DNA of 36,204 nucleotides from Chloroflexota bacterium (GTDB lineage Bacteria > Chloroflexota > Dehalococcoidia > Lucifugimonadales > GCA-2717565). The DNA lies in NCBI GenBank assembly GCA_002717565.1, contig PBAZ01000021.1, positions 28,837 through 65,040 on the forward strand, given 5' to 3'. Within the stretch, counting starts at the first letter, position 1; each line of letters begins with the position of its first letter. Below the pieces are notes generated by a model. It was not told the DNA's origin and searched no databases. It saw only the letters and a list, made by a program, of their open reading frames with translations. This document shows positions 1 through 9,414 of this stretch, in pieces. A program made the position numbers and the translations under genes.

Positions 1-1116
1 TTCTTGAAACTGTCTGCCTTCCAGGACGATTTGCTCGACTGGATGGAACACCAGCCTCATTGGCGTACTAACGTTTCGAACTCGAGTCGGAGCTTTCTGC
101 AAAGCGGATTGAAGGACAGAGCAATAACGCGGGATTTGAATTGGGGTGTTCCGATCCCAATGGAAGGATATGAAGACAAGCGCATCTATGTCTGGTTCGA
201 AGCGGTAATCGGCTACCTGTCCGCCGCGATAGAATGGGCTGGGCAATCCGACGACTCTAGCGCTTGGTTGGATTTTTGGAAGGATAAAAATACAAAAAGC
301 TATTACTTTATTGGGAAAGATAACATACCTTTCCATAGTATTATTTGGCCGGCCATAATTATGGCATACGGCCATGATCTTAACTTACCCTATGACGTCC
401 CTGCCAATGAATTCCTCAGCTTGGAAAGTCGCAAATTCTCTACAAGTCAAAACTGGGCCCTATGGGTGCCTGATTATCTGGAATATTATGATCCTGACCC
501 CCTCAGATATATGTTAACGATGAACATGCCAGAGACCGGAGATTCGGACTTCAGCTGGGCAGAATTCATTCGCAGAAATAACGATGAATTGGTCTCTACC
601 TACGGCAATCTTGTAAACCGGATATTATCTTTCACGTATCGGAACTTTGATGGCTTAGTGCCTGAACCCAATGACTTACATGAGTCTGACCTCGGTTTAT
701 TAAAGACCTCTGAAGACGTGTTAGCTAGTGTGCTAGAGACCCTGGAAGCCGTGAAGATACGACAGTCACTGAACCAGATCTTCAGTTTGGCTCAAGAAAC
801 CAATAGGTATTTAGATGCCAAAGCGCCTTGGAAAGAAATTAAAACGGATAAAGCTTCTGCAGGGACTACCTTGTGGGTTGGGATAAATATTTTAAACAGA
901 CTCAAGATTATGTTAACTCCGTTTCTACCGTTCACCAGCCAGAAGCTTCATGAATTCTTAGGCTTTCAAGGGGATGTTAGCTCTGAACCCTGGCCCGACG
1001 ATTGGAGCACAACTCTCGTCTCTGGCGGAACTCCCTTGGCATCTCCCACTCCGTTGTACTCCAAGCTAGATGTTGATGTAGGAATCCCAGGTGAATCTGC
1101 CTTGGAGAGAGGATAA
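1..1116 (+). CDS. metG: Methionine--tRNA ligase, 3' part (5'-truncated by window edge); short form without C-terminal tRNA-binding appendix
   Basis: Motifs RAITRDLNWGVPIP, KRIYVWFEA, YFIGKDNIPFH, KMSKS-like KFSTS, DPLRY, and an anticodon-binding region (GNLVNR...NRYLDAKAPWK). Frame is open from base 1; ends shortly after P-L-Y-S-K. Confidence 0.96.
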   Translation, partial: FLKLSAFQDDLLDWMEHQPHWRTNVSNSSRSFLQSGLKDRAITRDLNWGVPIPMEGYEDKRIYVWFEAVIGYLSAAIEWAGQSDDSSAWLDFWKDKNTKSYYFIGKDNIPFHSIIWPAIIMAYGHDLNLPYDVPANEFLSLESRKFSTSQNWALWVPDYLEYYDPDPLRYMLTMNMPETGDSDFSWAEFIRRNNDELVSTYGNLVNRILSFTYRNFDGLVPEPNDLHESDLGLLKTSEDVLASVLETLEAVKIRQSLNQIFSLAQETNRYLDAKAPWKEIKTDKASAGTTLWVGINILNRLKIMLTPFLPFTSQKLHEFLGFQGDVSSEPWPDDWSTTLVSGGTPLASPTPLYSKLDVDVGIPGESALERG

Positions 1117-1123
1117 AATTCAA

Positions 1124-2107
1124 GTGATTAGTGGTTTAGACTCTGCAACGTCAGCGATATATGAGCCGATTCTGGCACGGTTACAACGCGTTGAGGATCG
1201 TTTGTTAACATTGAGGAACGATTCACTACCGGATTTGGATTTGTTGATAAAACATATTCTGAACAGCGGTGGAAAACGAGTCAGACCAGCTGTTACCTTA
1301 CTGGCATCGTCCGTTCATGAAGAACAATCGGATACGTCCGTAACCATGGCTGCAGCGATAGAATTACTACACATCGCAACCTTAATACATGACGACACCG
1401 TTGACGACGCGGAGACTCGTCGGGGCGTTGCCACTGTTAGTCAGAAATGGGGAAGTAATATCGCTGTGTTATTCGGGGATTATGTCTTTGCCACTTCGGC
1501 TACGTGGGTCTGTGAAACTGAAAATGTCAGGGTAATCAGACGATTTTCAGAGACAATAATGGAATTGGCTAGCGGCCAAATTAGTGAGTTTTTTAGCAGC
1601 TTCGATGCCTTTAAAGCTCGTTCGGATTACGAGGACCGTATATACCGGAAAACGGCTTCGCTATTTTGTACAGCTGGGGAAACGGGCGCAATATTAGGGA
1701 GCGCGCCAGAACAAAGTATACAGAGTTTGCGGTCCTACGGGTATTCGATTGGAATGGCCTTTCAAATCATGGATGACGTATTGGATTTCGAGGGCAATTC
1801 TGACCATATAGGTAAGCCTGTAGGCAGCGACCTATGCAATGGTGTGTTAACATTGCCAAGTATCACCTTTCTAGAGAAATATCCGGATAATAACCCTGTT
1901 AGGAAATGGTTTTCCGATGCTCGAGATCCGGAGCAACTAAAGCTTGCGATAGATATGATCATGAATTCGGACGCTATCGCAGATTGTTATTGTGTTATTC
2001 AAAAGCATTGTGCCAGTGCGCAGGCGAGTTTAAGAGAACTTCCCAAGGGACCATCTACAGAATCACTCAATTTGTTGACCGAATACATAATGTCCCGAAC
2101 GAAATGA
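1124..2107 (+). CDS. Polyprenyl diphosphate synthase (long-chain, HepT/IspB-like)
   Basis: GGKRVRP, first Asp-rich motif ATLIHDDTVDDAETRRG, KTASLF, second motif FQIMDDVLD, GKPVGSDL. Small Ala upstream of the first motif suggests a long-chain product. Start chosen at GTG 1124 downstream of GAGAGG; ORF track begins at 1091. Confidence 0.92.
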   Translation: MISGLDSATSAIYEPILARLQRVEDRLLTLRNDSLPDLDLLIKHILNSGGKRVRPAVTLLASSVHEEQSDTSVTMAAAIELLHIATLIHDDTVDDAETRRGVATVSQKWGSNIAVLFGDYVFATSATWVCETENVRVIRRFSETIMELASGQISEFFSSFDAFKARSDYEDRIYRKTASLFCTAGETGAILGSAPEQSIQSLRSYGYSIGMAFQIMDDVLDFEGNSDHIGKPVGSDLCNGVLTLPSITFLEKYPDNNPVRKWFSDARDPEQLKLAIDMIMNSDAIADCYCVIQKHCASAQASLRELPKGPSTESLNLLTEYIMSRTK

Positions 2108-2113
2108 AGTGAT

Positions 2114-3676
2114 CTATTCGGGTAAGTCGTCATGTACTACAACACCGTCTATTACCGTGAGTATCGCATAATTAGACTCTGGCGGAGGAAGATGAGGGCC
2201 TGGAGACCATGGAAACATCGCGAGGTCAGCTTTTTTACCGATAGTTATTGAACCTTTCTCCATGTGGGTATTGTCCGAATATGCCGCGCCCAAAGTGTAA
2301 GGATATATTGCTGCTTTCAGTCGGCTTAGTAGCGGAGCGTCAGTTGGCAATGTCCCCCTGTAAAACGGAGGGCGACCGTTTAGGATAGCATCGATGCCAC
2401 ACCACGGGTTCGGGTCTATGACCGGTGCATCAGAGCTGAATGCATACGGGATATTATTCTCTGCGAATTTGGGAATCGGATATATATAGGGCTGCATGTC
2501 TTCTGGAACAGTTTCTTTATACCGCTGATGCCTCCAGTACAGGAATCCAGGCTGGGTTACAACCATAGCTTGGCTCCTAGCAATTGTTCCAATGATCGCG
2601 CTTGGGGCTTCCGAACAATGTTCAATTCGGTCATGACGGCTTATGGATTTTTCGTCATGCAGGACACCTAAAACTTCTGCAGCTGCCTGGACAGCCTGCC
2701 ATTCTACTGCGTGAATTGCTACAGGGAAGCCCAAGTCATGACTTGTCTGGACCTGATAATGCAGTTCATCTTGGCTCGGGCTTAATCTTCCGGTCGTGCT
2801 CCCTAAAATGATCTTTGTGTGCCCGAGGCGGAGACGATCATGGCATGAACCAAACGTCATTCCCTTAGTTTTAAATTGCTCTATAGAATCGATCCCAACC
2901 ATCATTGTGGTTTTCAGTTGCCATGCCCCGGATTCTATGAGGTCTACATATGTATCCCAGTGAGACTGGCCGTTTGTATAGCTCGCGTCTTGGACCGAGG
3001 TAATACCGTATTTGATGAGGTGTTCATTGGTGTTATGCATCGCGTCTCTAAATACGCGGTGGTCTAGAGTATGGCCCAAACGGTCTTTTAGAAATCTTTC
3101 ACAGTCTAAAAATACTCCACTTGGGGTAGTTGAACCATCATATCGGAAGATAATACCCGACATAGGATCCAGGGTTTCAGCATTGATATTAGCAAGCTGC
3201 ATCGCTTTGCTGTTTAACACTGTTATGTGACCAGACCTATCAGTAAGTTTTATAGGGTGGTCACACGAGACAAGATCCAATTCAGAACGGTCGAGTTTCT
3301 GTGGAGGTTCCACTAGTGCCTCATCGTAGCCGTGCCCCAGAATCCATTCATTCAATCGGGTTTCAGAAGCCTTGACACGAAGGAGATCAACCAGCCCGGT
3401 TACAGAGTTAGTATTATTGTGAGCACAGTTGACACTAGTGGTGTTCCTGGCTATCGAAAATGGGTGCATATGAGCATCTATAAAGCCAGGTATCACTAAA
3501 AACTGTTTACAGTCAATCACTCTGGTTCTGCCCGATATAAACGATTGGATATCTTTCCCGTCGCCTACCGCGACTATTCTACTATTCGATATGGCAATGG
3601 CTGTGTGTAGATCCTGCCCTGTTTCATTGGTCATGAAATTGCCGTTTAGCATTACCATGTCGACTGACTGTTCCAT
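2114..3676 (-). CDS. Amidohydrolase family 3 (YtcJ-like) metal-dependent hydrolase
   Basis: PGFIDAHMH, WILGHGYDE, SGH..VLNSKA, AIHAV, RIEHC, FSSDAP, YTLGAAY, KGSITIGKKADL. Confidence 0.9.
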   Translation of the reverse strand: MEQSVDMVMLNGNFMTNETGQDLHTAIAISNSRIVAVGDGKDIQSFISGRTRVIDCKQFLVIPGFIDAHMHPFSIARNTTSVNCAHNNTNSVTGLVDLLRVKASETRLNEWILGHGYDEALVEPPQKLDRSELDLVSCDHPIKLTDRSGHITVLNSKAMQLANINAETLDPMSGIIFRYDGSTTPSGVFLDCERFLKDRLGHTLDHRVFRDAMHNTNEHLIKYGITSVQDASYTNGQSHWDTYVDLIESGAWQLKTTMMVGIDSIEQFKTKGMTFGSCHDRLRLGHTKIILGSTTGRLSPSQDELHYQVQTSHDLGFPVAIHAVEWQAVQAAAEVLGVLHDEKSISRHDRIEHCSEAPSAIIGTIARSQAMVVTQPGFLYWRHQRYKETVPEDMQPYIYPIPKFAENNIPYAFSSDAPVIDPNPWCGIDAILNGRPPFYRGTLPTDAPLLSRLKAAIYPYTLGAAYSDNTHMEKGSITIGKKADLAMFPWSPGPHLPPPESNYAILTVIDGVVVHDDLPE

Positions 3677-3744
3677 TATCTATACTCGCTACTATCTTGA
3701 GAACCTGATACTATGATTTTATCATCGTCCTGGAGAAGATTAGA

Positions 3745-4512
3745 ATGCCAGAAATCAAAATTGTCCTGTCAGGGTACACCTTTAATTCAGATCAAACAGG
3801 ACTTGGTTTATCCACAGTGGCGCTAATAGAGGGAGAGGTCCTAACCCTAGTAGATGTCGCACATTTTGGACGCCGAGTCATATTGAAAAATGCTCTGGAG
3901 GATATCGGTCTTTCGTTGGATGATATCGGAAGAGTGATTCTTACTCATGCTCATTGGGACCACTCACAGAATACCGATATGTTTCCAAACGCGGAGATTG
4001 TGATTCACGCTAAAGAGCTGGAGTATTCTAAGAACCCTCGGCCTAGTGACCACGCTACAGCGCGGTACTTCGCTGAAACCTTATCTGGGCAAAATGTATT
4101 AGAGGTCGATAGTGAGACGGTATTAGAACCTGGAGTAAAGGTTATTGAAACACCTGGCCATACTAGAGGTCATATCAGTGTAGTGGTTGACACCGAACAA
4201 GGGCCGGTTTGTATTGGAGGTGATGCGTTTTCTGACGCAGGTGCCTTGCATCGTGGTACTCCAGCTCTGGTTTTCTGGAGTGAATCAGAGGCAAGAGAGA
4301 GTATACGAAATATTATCGCGGAGAGCGATACTATTTATCCGGGACATGATCGCCCATTTAAAATTATTAATCAGGATGAAATAGAGTATCTTGTCGAGGC
4401 TCCATCGATTAAATTCACTGGAGTCCTTGACCAAATGGGCAGCACCTTTTCAGTGGATGTGGCATTAGCTCCCAATAGAGGAACAACGGTGCAACCCGAG
4501 GCATGTGATTAG
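3745..4512 (+). CDS. Metallo-beta-lactamase-fold hydrolase
   Basis: THAHWDH (HxHxDH), TPGHTRGH, GGDA, YPGHD; RBS GGAGA upstream. Confidence 0.9.
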   Translation: MPEIKIVLSGYTFNSDQTGLGLSTVALIEGEVLTLVDVAHFGRRVILKNALEDIGLSLDDIGRVILTHAHWDHSQNTDMFPNAEIVIHAKELEYSKNPRPSDHATARYFAETLSGQNVLEVDSETVLEPGVKVIETPGHTRGHISVVVDTEQGPVCIGGDAFSDAGALHRGTPALVFWSESEARESIRNIIAESDTIYPGHDRPFKIINQDEIEYLVEAPSIKFTGVLDQMGSTFSVDVALAPNRGTTVQPEACD

Positions 4513-4544
4513 AATGAGTCAGGATACGAATCTGTTATAACCTT

Positions 4545-5186
4545 ATGAAAACTAAATCAGCCATCATATTTGATTGGGATCTGACATTATGGAACAGTTG
4601 GGACCTCCACATTTGGTTATTGAAGTATACGGCGGACGTTCTTCAAGTTGTGCCTCCCGAGCCGAACGTTGTGGCCGACGCATATGGTACTCCATTTTTA
4701 ACTCATCTAGAACACGTTTTAACCCTTCCGATCGACCGTATCCTCCCTGTTTACATGGGTATGTATCATGCGCTGGTCCAACAAAAGGGTCACTTGTACG
4801 ATGGGGTTCTACCCACTATAGGTGTGTTATCCGATCAGGGATTAACGATGGCAATTTTGTCTGACAAGAGGCAAGTCTTCGGCGAATTGGAAGTTGATAT
4901 CTCAGGAATACAAAATCATTTTCAATACATCTCCTTCCTTAACTCAGGAAGAGAATACAAGCCGTCTCCTAGTAGATTATATGAAGTCTGCGACATCTTG
5001 GGACTGACCTCAGGACAGGTGCTTTACGTCGGTGATTCCGTATCGGATTTACAGTGCGCAAAATCGGCAGGAATAGACTTTGGGGCCGCAATGTGGGCAT
5101 CCCTGAATGCTAATGGACTAAGATCAGAGTCCGAGTACGTATTTCAGCAGCCGGCTGACATCCTCGACTCGCTGATTCACAGTTAA
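4545..5186 (+). CDS. HAD-superfamily hydrolase (phosphatase-like)
   Basis: Motif I FDWDLTL, motif II LSDK, motif III YKP, motif IV YVGDSVSD. Confidence 0.88.
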   Translation: MKTKSAIIFDWDLTLWNSWDLHIWLLKYTADVLQVVPPEPNVVADAYGTPFLTHLEHVLTLPIDRILPVYMGMYHALVQQKGHLYDGVLPTIGVLSDQGLTMAILSDKRQVFGELEVDISGIQNHFQYISFLNSGREYKPSPSRLYEVCDILGLTSGQVLYVGDSVSDLQCAKSAGIDFGAAMWASLNANGLRSESEYVFQQPADILDSLIHS

Positions 5187-5193
5187 CGCATCC

Positions 5194-6102
5194 TTACCTG
5201 GGTTGCAATGTGGCGCTTCTATGCTGCTCGTCTGCATGATAGGAACTTCTGACAAGTGGCCCAGAAGCGACATGTTTGAATCCCATGCTAACTCCCTCAC
5301 CTCGCAGAAATTCGAACTCAGCAGGTGTATAAAAGCGGTCCATCCGGATGTGCTGCTGGGATGGTCGTAGATATTGGCCAATCGTCAATAAATCACAGTC
5401 AACCGCTCGGAGATCTCGCATTGTTTCGATCACTTCTGAGATGTCCTCTCCCATTCCGACGATTATGCCGGACTTGGTAGGAATAGACGGTGCTAATCGT
5501 TTAGAATTAACCATGAGTTCCAGAGATTGGTCGTAGTTACCTTTAGGACGGACCAGTCGAAAGATAGTGCGTGTCGATTCAATATTGTGATTTAAGACAT
5601 CGGGTTCGGCAGTTAATACTGTGGCAAGTGGTTCGACCAACCCCATGAAATCTGGAATAAGCACTTCCACTTTGCAACTTGGAAGAGCCTTATGAACTCT
5701 TTCGATACATTCAGCAAATATACTCGCTCCACCATCTTCCAGATCATCCCTATTTACGGACGTGATCACACAATACTCCAACTGCATGTCTTTTGCGGTC
5801 TGGGCGAGCCGAATAGGTTCTAAGGGATCCACTTGGAAAGGTTTTCCCGTGGTTACAGCGCAATATCTGCACGCCCGTGTGCAGATATCTCCTAGTATCA
5901 TGAACGTGGCTGTCCCACGTTCCCAGCATTCTCCGATGTTCGGGCAATGTGCTTCTTCGCATACGGTATGCAGATTCTTAGATCGCATCAAGTTCTGTAA
6001 CTCGATGTACCGCGGACCACCTGGCATTCGGACCTTCAGCCAATCTGGAAGTCGGGGCCTTGATTCATCGGGTTGTGTATTGGGAATCTTGGCTTCTGTC
6101 AT
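5194..6102 (-). CDS. lipA: Lipoyl synthase
   Basis: CEEAHCPNIGEC (CX4CX5C), radical SAM CTRACRYC, ITSVNRDDL, HNIE, GQYLRPS, terminal VRSSY. Confidence 0.98.
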   Translation of the reverse strand: MTEAKIPNTQPDESRPRLPDWLKVRMPGGPRYIELQNLMRSKNLHTVCEEAHCPNIGECWERGTATFMILGDICTRACRYCAVTTGKPFQVDPLEPIRLAQTAKDMQLEYCVITSVNRDDLEDGGASIFAECIERVHKALPSCKVEVLIPDFMGLVEPLATVLTAEPDVLNHNIESTRTIFRLVRPKGNYDQSLELMVNSKRLAPSIPTKSGIIVGMGEDISEVIETMRDLRAVDCDLLTIGQYLRPSQQHIRMDRFYTPAEFEFLRGEGVSMGFKHVASGPLVRSSYHADEQHRSATLQPR

Positions 6103-6719
6103 AATAGCTCAGCTATACGAGGCGTCAGCCTCGCCTTCTCCGCGCATAGAATTGAGTCAATAGTGGTCACGGCGTGTTGGACATCTCCTTCTATATTGAT
6201 TACGCGATATTCAAACTCGGAGATTCTACCTAATTCTTCTTCCGCAGTGTCAATTCGTCTTTGGAGGTCTTCTGGTGACTCTGTTTGGCGTTGCGATAAC
6301 CGTAAAATAAGGCCTGATCTGGATTCGGCAATTATGAAAATTAAGATGGCTTCAGGAATGATTTCTTTGATAGTTGCCGCTCCTTGCACGTCTATCTTCA
6401 GGATAACATCTTTTCCTGCTTTCAGACTATCTCTGACCTCTGATCTCGGCACGCCATAAAAGTTTCCATAGACTTCTGCGTGTTCTAGGAACTCTGCCCT
6501 CTCCACCTTTCGCAGAAAAGCTTCTCGTGTTAAGAAGTGGTAGTCTCTTCCATCTTGTTCTCCGGATCTTAATTCACGCGTAGTGGCTGTAACCGGAAAA
6601 TGCCAGGGTCTGTCCAATTTTCGTAGTTCGTTGATAACAGTATCCTTACCTACTCCAGACGGACCTGAAATAATGGCTACAAGAGGAATTGCGGGATTAG
6701 CTTCTGGGATATCCGTCAT
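6099..6719 (-). CDS. gmk: Guanylate kinase
   Basis: P-loop SGPSGVGKDT, TTRELRSGEQDGRDYHF, EVYGNFYG, IDVQGA; 4-nt overlap with lipA. Confidence 0.97.
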   Translation of the reverse strand: MTDIPEANPAIPLVAIISGPSGVGKDTVINELRKLDRPWHFPVTATTRELRSGEQDGRDYHFLTREAFLRKVERAEFLEHAEVYGNFYGVPRSEVRDSLKAGKDVILKIDVQGAATIKEIIPEAILIFIIAESRSGLILRLSQRQTESPEDLQRRIDTAEEELGRISEFEYRVINIEGDVQHAVTTIDSILCAEKARLTPRIAELL

Positions 6720-6765
6720 ATAAAATCACATGCTTCAAAATTTACATAGCAACGGGTCTTTTAGG

Positions 6766-7776
6766 TTATTTTTTTTCTTTACTGTCGCCCCAACCGCTCA
6801 TTAACTTTCGCAAGCGGGTACCTTGCCTCCCAAAGAACATTTGAGCCATACCATCACCGAACGTGGGCATTTCAGTTTGCGGGCTAATGATGCGGTTATC
6901 CTGCTGGACGCTACCCGCCATCCATTGAGTGCGGGCCGTTTTAGCTTGTTGGAATAGATTTTCCAGAGTACCGGACTCCAGTGATCCTGGATCAGCAAGA
7001 ATAGACCGATATTCTTGTAGTTCTTGAATAGCAGCGTCTATCCACCCGACTATGGGTTCCGAGTTTCCATGACAGATATCTCTATGCATTGTAACGTCCC
7101 CCGACGCTAGTCTGCTGATATCACGATAACCCGAAGCTGCCAACTCAGATATCTCTTGCCAATTCGGGCTCTTGGAAGTACACCCTACTAGCGCTACGGA
7201 TAAAATGAATGGGAGATGACTTGCGGCCGCAACAAAACTATCGTGTTCTTCTGCTCCTATAAAGAGAGGTTTGGCTCCTACAGCCTCTACCATTGTGGTT
7301 ACCTCTGACACTGCTCGCTCGGTAGCGTTACGGCTAGGGATCACGCAGTAGACTTTATTAGCGAAAAGGTTGGCATCCGCGTTTAACGGGCCAGATGCCT
7401 CACTCCCAGCCATTGGGTGACCTGCGACGAAATTGACACGATCTGGAAGATGTTCTTCGGCCCATTTCAGTACTATAGCTTTTGAACTACCTACATCCGT
7501 AACCACGCAGTCATCTGGTAGTTCTGGTCCGATTACTTCCAATAAGGCTTCCATTGCCATTAATGGTGTGGCCAATACTACAATGTCTGCGGTGTCTACC
7601 GCAGGGATAAGCCGGTTCTCAACGTGGTCGAATGCTCCCGATTTCTGTGCTCCTGTGCGCGAAGCATGCTCCAGATCGGTGCCGATAATAGTGAGGTCTC
7701 GCAGTGCCGAACCTCTGAGAGCAAGGGCTAGCGAAGTGCCCATTAGGCCCGTACCGATTATTGAAATTGTTGGCAT
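6766..7776 (-). CDS. tyrA: Prephenate/arogenate dehydrogenase
   Basis: GTGLMGTS Rossmann motif, TDVGSSK, GHPMAGSE, HDSFVAAASHLP, GYRDISRLA; RBS GGAGG. Confidence 0.93.
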   Translation of the reverse strand: MPTISIIGTGLMGTSLALALRGSALRDLTIIGTDLEHASRTGAQKSGAFDHVENRLIPAVDTADIVVLATPLMAMEALLEVIGPELPDDCVVTDVGSSKAIVLKWAEEHLPDRVNFVAGHPMAGSEASGPLNADANLFANKVYCVIPSRNATERAVSEVTTMVEAVGAKPLFIGAEEHDSFVAAASHLPFILSVALVGCTSKSPNWQEISELAASGYRDISRLASGDVTMHRDICHGNSEPIVGWIDAAIQELQEYRSILADPGSLESGTLENLFQQAKTARTQWMAGSVQQDNRIISPQTEMPTFGDGMAQMFFGRQGTRLRKLMSGWGDSKEKK

Positions 7777-7819
7777 ACGCCTCCGAGTTGATGTGCTGAG
7801 AGAATGTTTTTCAGCATAA

Positions 7820-7835
7820 CTGTTAGGATTCTGTT
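7820..7835. repeat. 16-bp motif CTGTTAGGATTCTGTT, copy 1 (upstream of tyrA)
   Basis: Exact match to 34500..34515; contains CTGTT twice at an 11-bp period. Confidence 0.5.
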
Positions 7836-7983
7836 GATCATAATATTATACTATGCGTCAGCCCCAGGGAAAACGTGCGCGCGGTCTATCAGCGGGCGGT
7901 AGGACCACTAGAAACCCTATATTCTTCAGCTGATCAATCATATAATAACGCGGCGATTCTATAACAACACTGGAGGAACCTCA

Positions 7984-8706
7984 ATGCCGAACCAACCTGT
8001 ATCAGATGAAAAACTTCAAATCCTGAGCGCGATCCCGACGCAGACTTTGATTGACGCACTTTGGGTGATGAATTGGCCAATGAGTATGATTGAGGGGGCA
8101 TTACCATTACAGGCTGGACAGAAGCTTGCTGGTCGAGCAGTGACTTTGCGCTTCGTACCACACCGTCCTGATTTAGCTGCAGATAAACCGAAAGCCGAGC
8201 AGTCTGCCGAATATGTAGCCTTTGAATTGTGCGGGCCTGGCGAAGTCCTAGTAATTGATGCTATGGGATGGCAGTACAGCTCAATTGGGGGGGACATAAA
8301 ATTCTATAGGTTGTTCCAACGGCAAGTAGGTGGACTGGTAACGGATGGAGCTGTCAGGGACACAGCATCTTTGAAGGATTACGGGTTTCCAGTGTATTCT
8401 GCTGCTGCTACTGCCAAACAAGGGCCTGCAGAATTTTGGCCGTGGGAAGTTAATGAAGCTATCCAGTGTGGCGGCGTATTGGTTAGGCCCGGTGACGCTA
8501 TTATAGGGGATGATGACGGGGTCGTAGTAATAGCATCATCAATGGTAGACGAAGTCATCAGAATTGCACACGAACGGGAGGAAGTGGAAGAAGTAATAAA
8601 GGCCCAGTTGAAGCTCGAAAAGTGCTCGCCAGGAAAGTACTATCCGTTCAACGATACGACTTGGGAATTATTTAAGGAAAAAACAGGAAAAGACCGGTAT
8701 CAATAG
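7984..8706 (+). CDS. RraA-like / HMG-aldolase family protein
   Basis: AGRAVTLRF, GEVLVIDA, GLVTDGAVRD, CGGVLVRPGDAIIGDDDGVVVI; RBS GGAGG. Confidence 0.88.
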   Translation: MPNQPVSDEKLQILSAIPTQTLIDALWVMNWPMSMIEGALPLQAGQKLAGRAVTLRFVPHRPDLAADKPKAEQSAEYVAFELCGPGEVLVIDAMGWQYSSIGGDIKFYRLFQRQVGGLVTDGAVRDTASLKDYGFPVYSAAATAKQGPAEFWPWEVNEAIQCGGVLVRPGDAIIGDDDGVVVIASSMVDEVIRIAHEREEVEEVIKAQLKLEKCSPGKYYPFNDTTWELFKEKTGKDRYQ

Positions 8707-8819
8707 TAGAGTTGAGATGTAAGCTTGTAAATTAGGACTGTGGTGGTTAATGTTAGGGTTACGTCGAAATATGCTTATTCATAAAAATAATTAATAGTTA
8801 GGTTTGCAAGGAGGGTTAT

Positions 8820-9374
8820 ATGGCAAGAATTCCAGTGGCTACCAGGGATACTGTACCATCTCATCAGGCGGTGGTGTTTGATGAATTGTTCGCAAACGGA
8901 GAGGCTCCTCACTACGGACCTGGGTCCGTGCTGGCTCACGTACCAGAGTTATCTAAACGCAACACCGCTCTCAATAATTATCTTCGCGATGATTCGTCAC
9001 TCCCGAAAAAAGCGCAAGAATTCGCGATGATAGTAACGGCCAGAGAGATGGATTGCCAGCATATTTGGAATGCACATGCCGGATCAGCTCGCGAGGCCGG
9101 GGTCGACGATGATACAGTTGACGCGCTTCGAGAGGAGGAAGAACTATTTGACTTACCTGCTGATGAAGAAGCAATCGTCAACTATGCTCGCTCGTTGATA
9201 CAAAATCATTACGCTAGTAGAGGCTCATATCAGATGGCTCTTGAGCAGTTCGGACGACAGGGTCTAATTGAGCTTACCATGATAATTGGTCAGTACTCTA
9301 TGCTCGCTATGACCATAAACGCGTTTGACACGAATTTGCTGCCAGATCGGTCTGAACCTTTGTTGCCTGTCTAA
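8820..9374 (+). CDS. Carboxymuconolactone decarboxylase / AhpD-fold protein (no CxxC)
   Basis: LAHVPEL...LPKKAQEFAMIVTAREMDCQHIWNAH...GLIELTMIIGQYSMLA; RBS AAGGAGG; paralog of 29898..30452. Confidence 0.82.
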   Translation: MARIPVATRDTVPSHQAVVFDELFANGEAPHYGPGSVLAHVPELSKRNTALNNYLRDDSSLPKKAQEFAMIVTAREMDCQHIWNAHAGSAREAGVDDDTVDALREEEELFDLPADEEAIVNYARSLIQNHYASRGSYQMALEQFGRQGLIELTMIIGQYSMLAMTINAFDTNLLPDRSEPLLPV

Positions 9375-9414
9375 TCGAAGAGTCTATGGGGGCCTAACAT
9401 AGTGCATACTGTGA

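Noticed and set aside
5762-6459. Antisense ORFs over lipA/gmk, and the many other 60-146 aa overlapping ORFs in the track
   Set aside because: They lie opposite or out of frame within well-supported genes and show no recognisable motifs.
7861-7917. GC-rich stretch with an imperfect hairpin in the tyrA/RraA intergenic region, considered as tRNA or ncRNA
   Set aside because: No cloverleaf, no T-loop GTTCGA and no recognised riboswitch consensus; pairing is weak.
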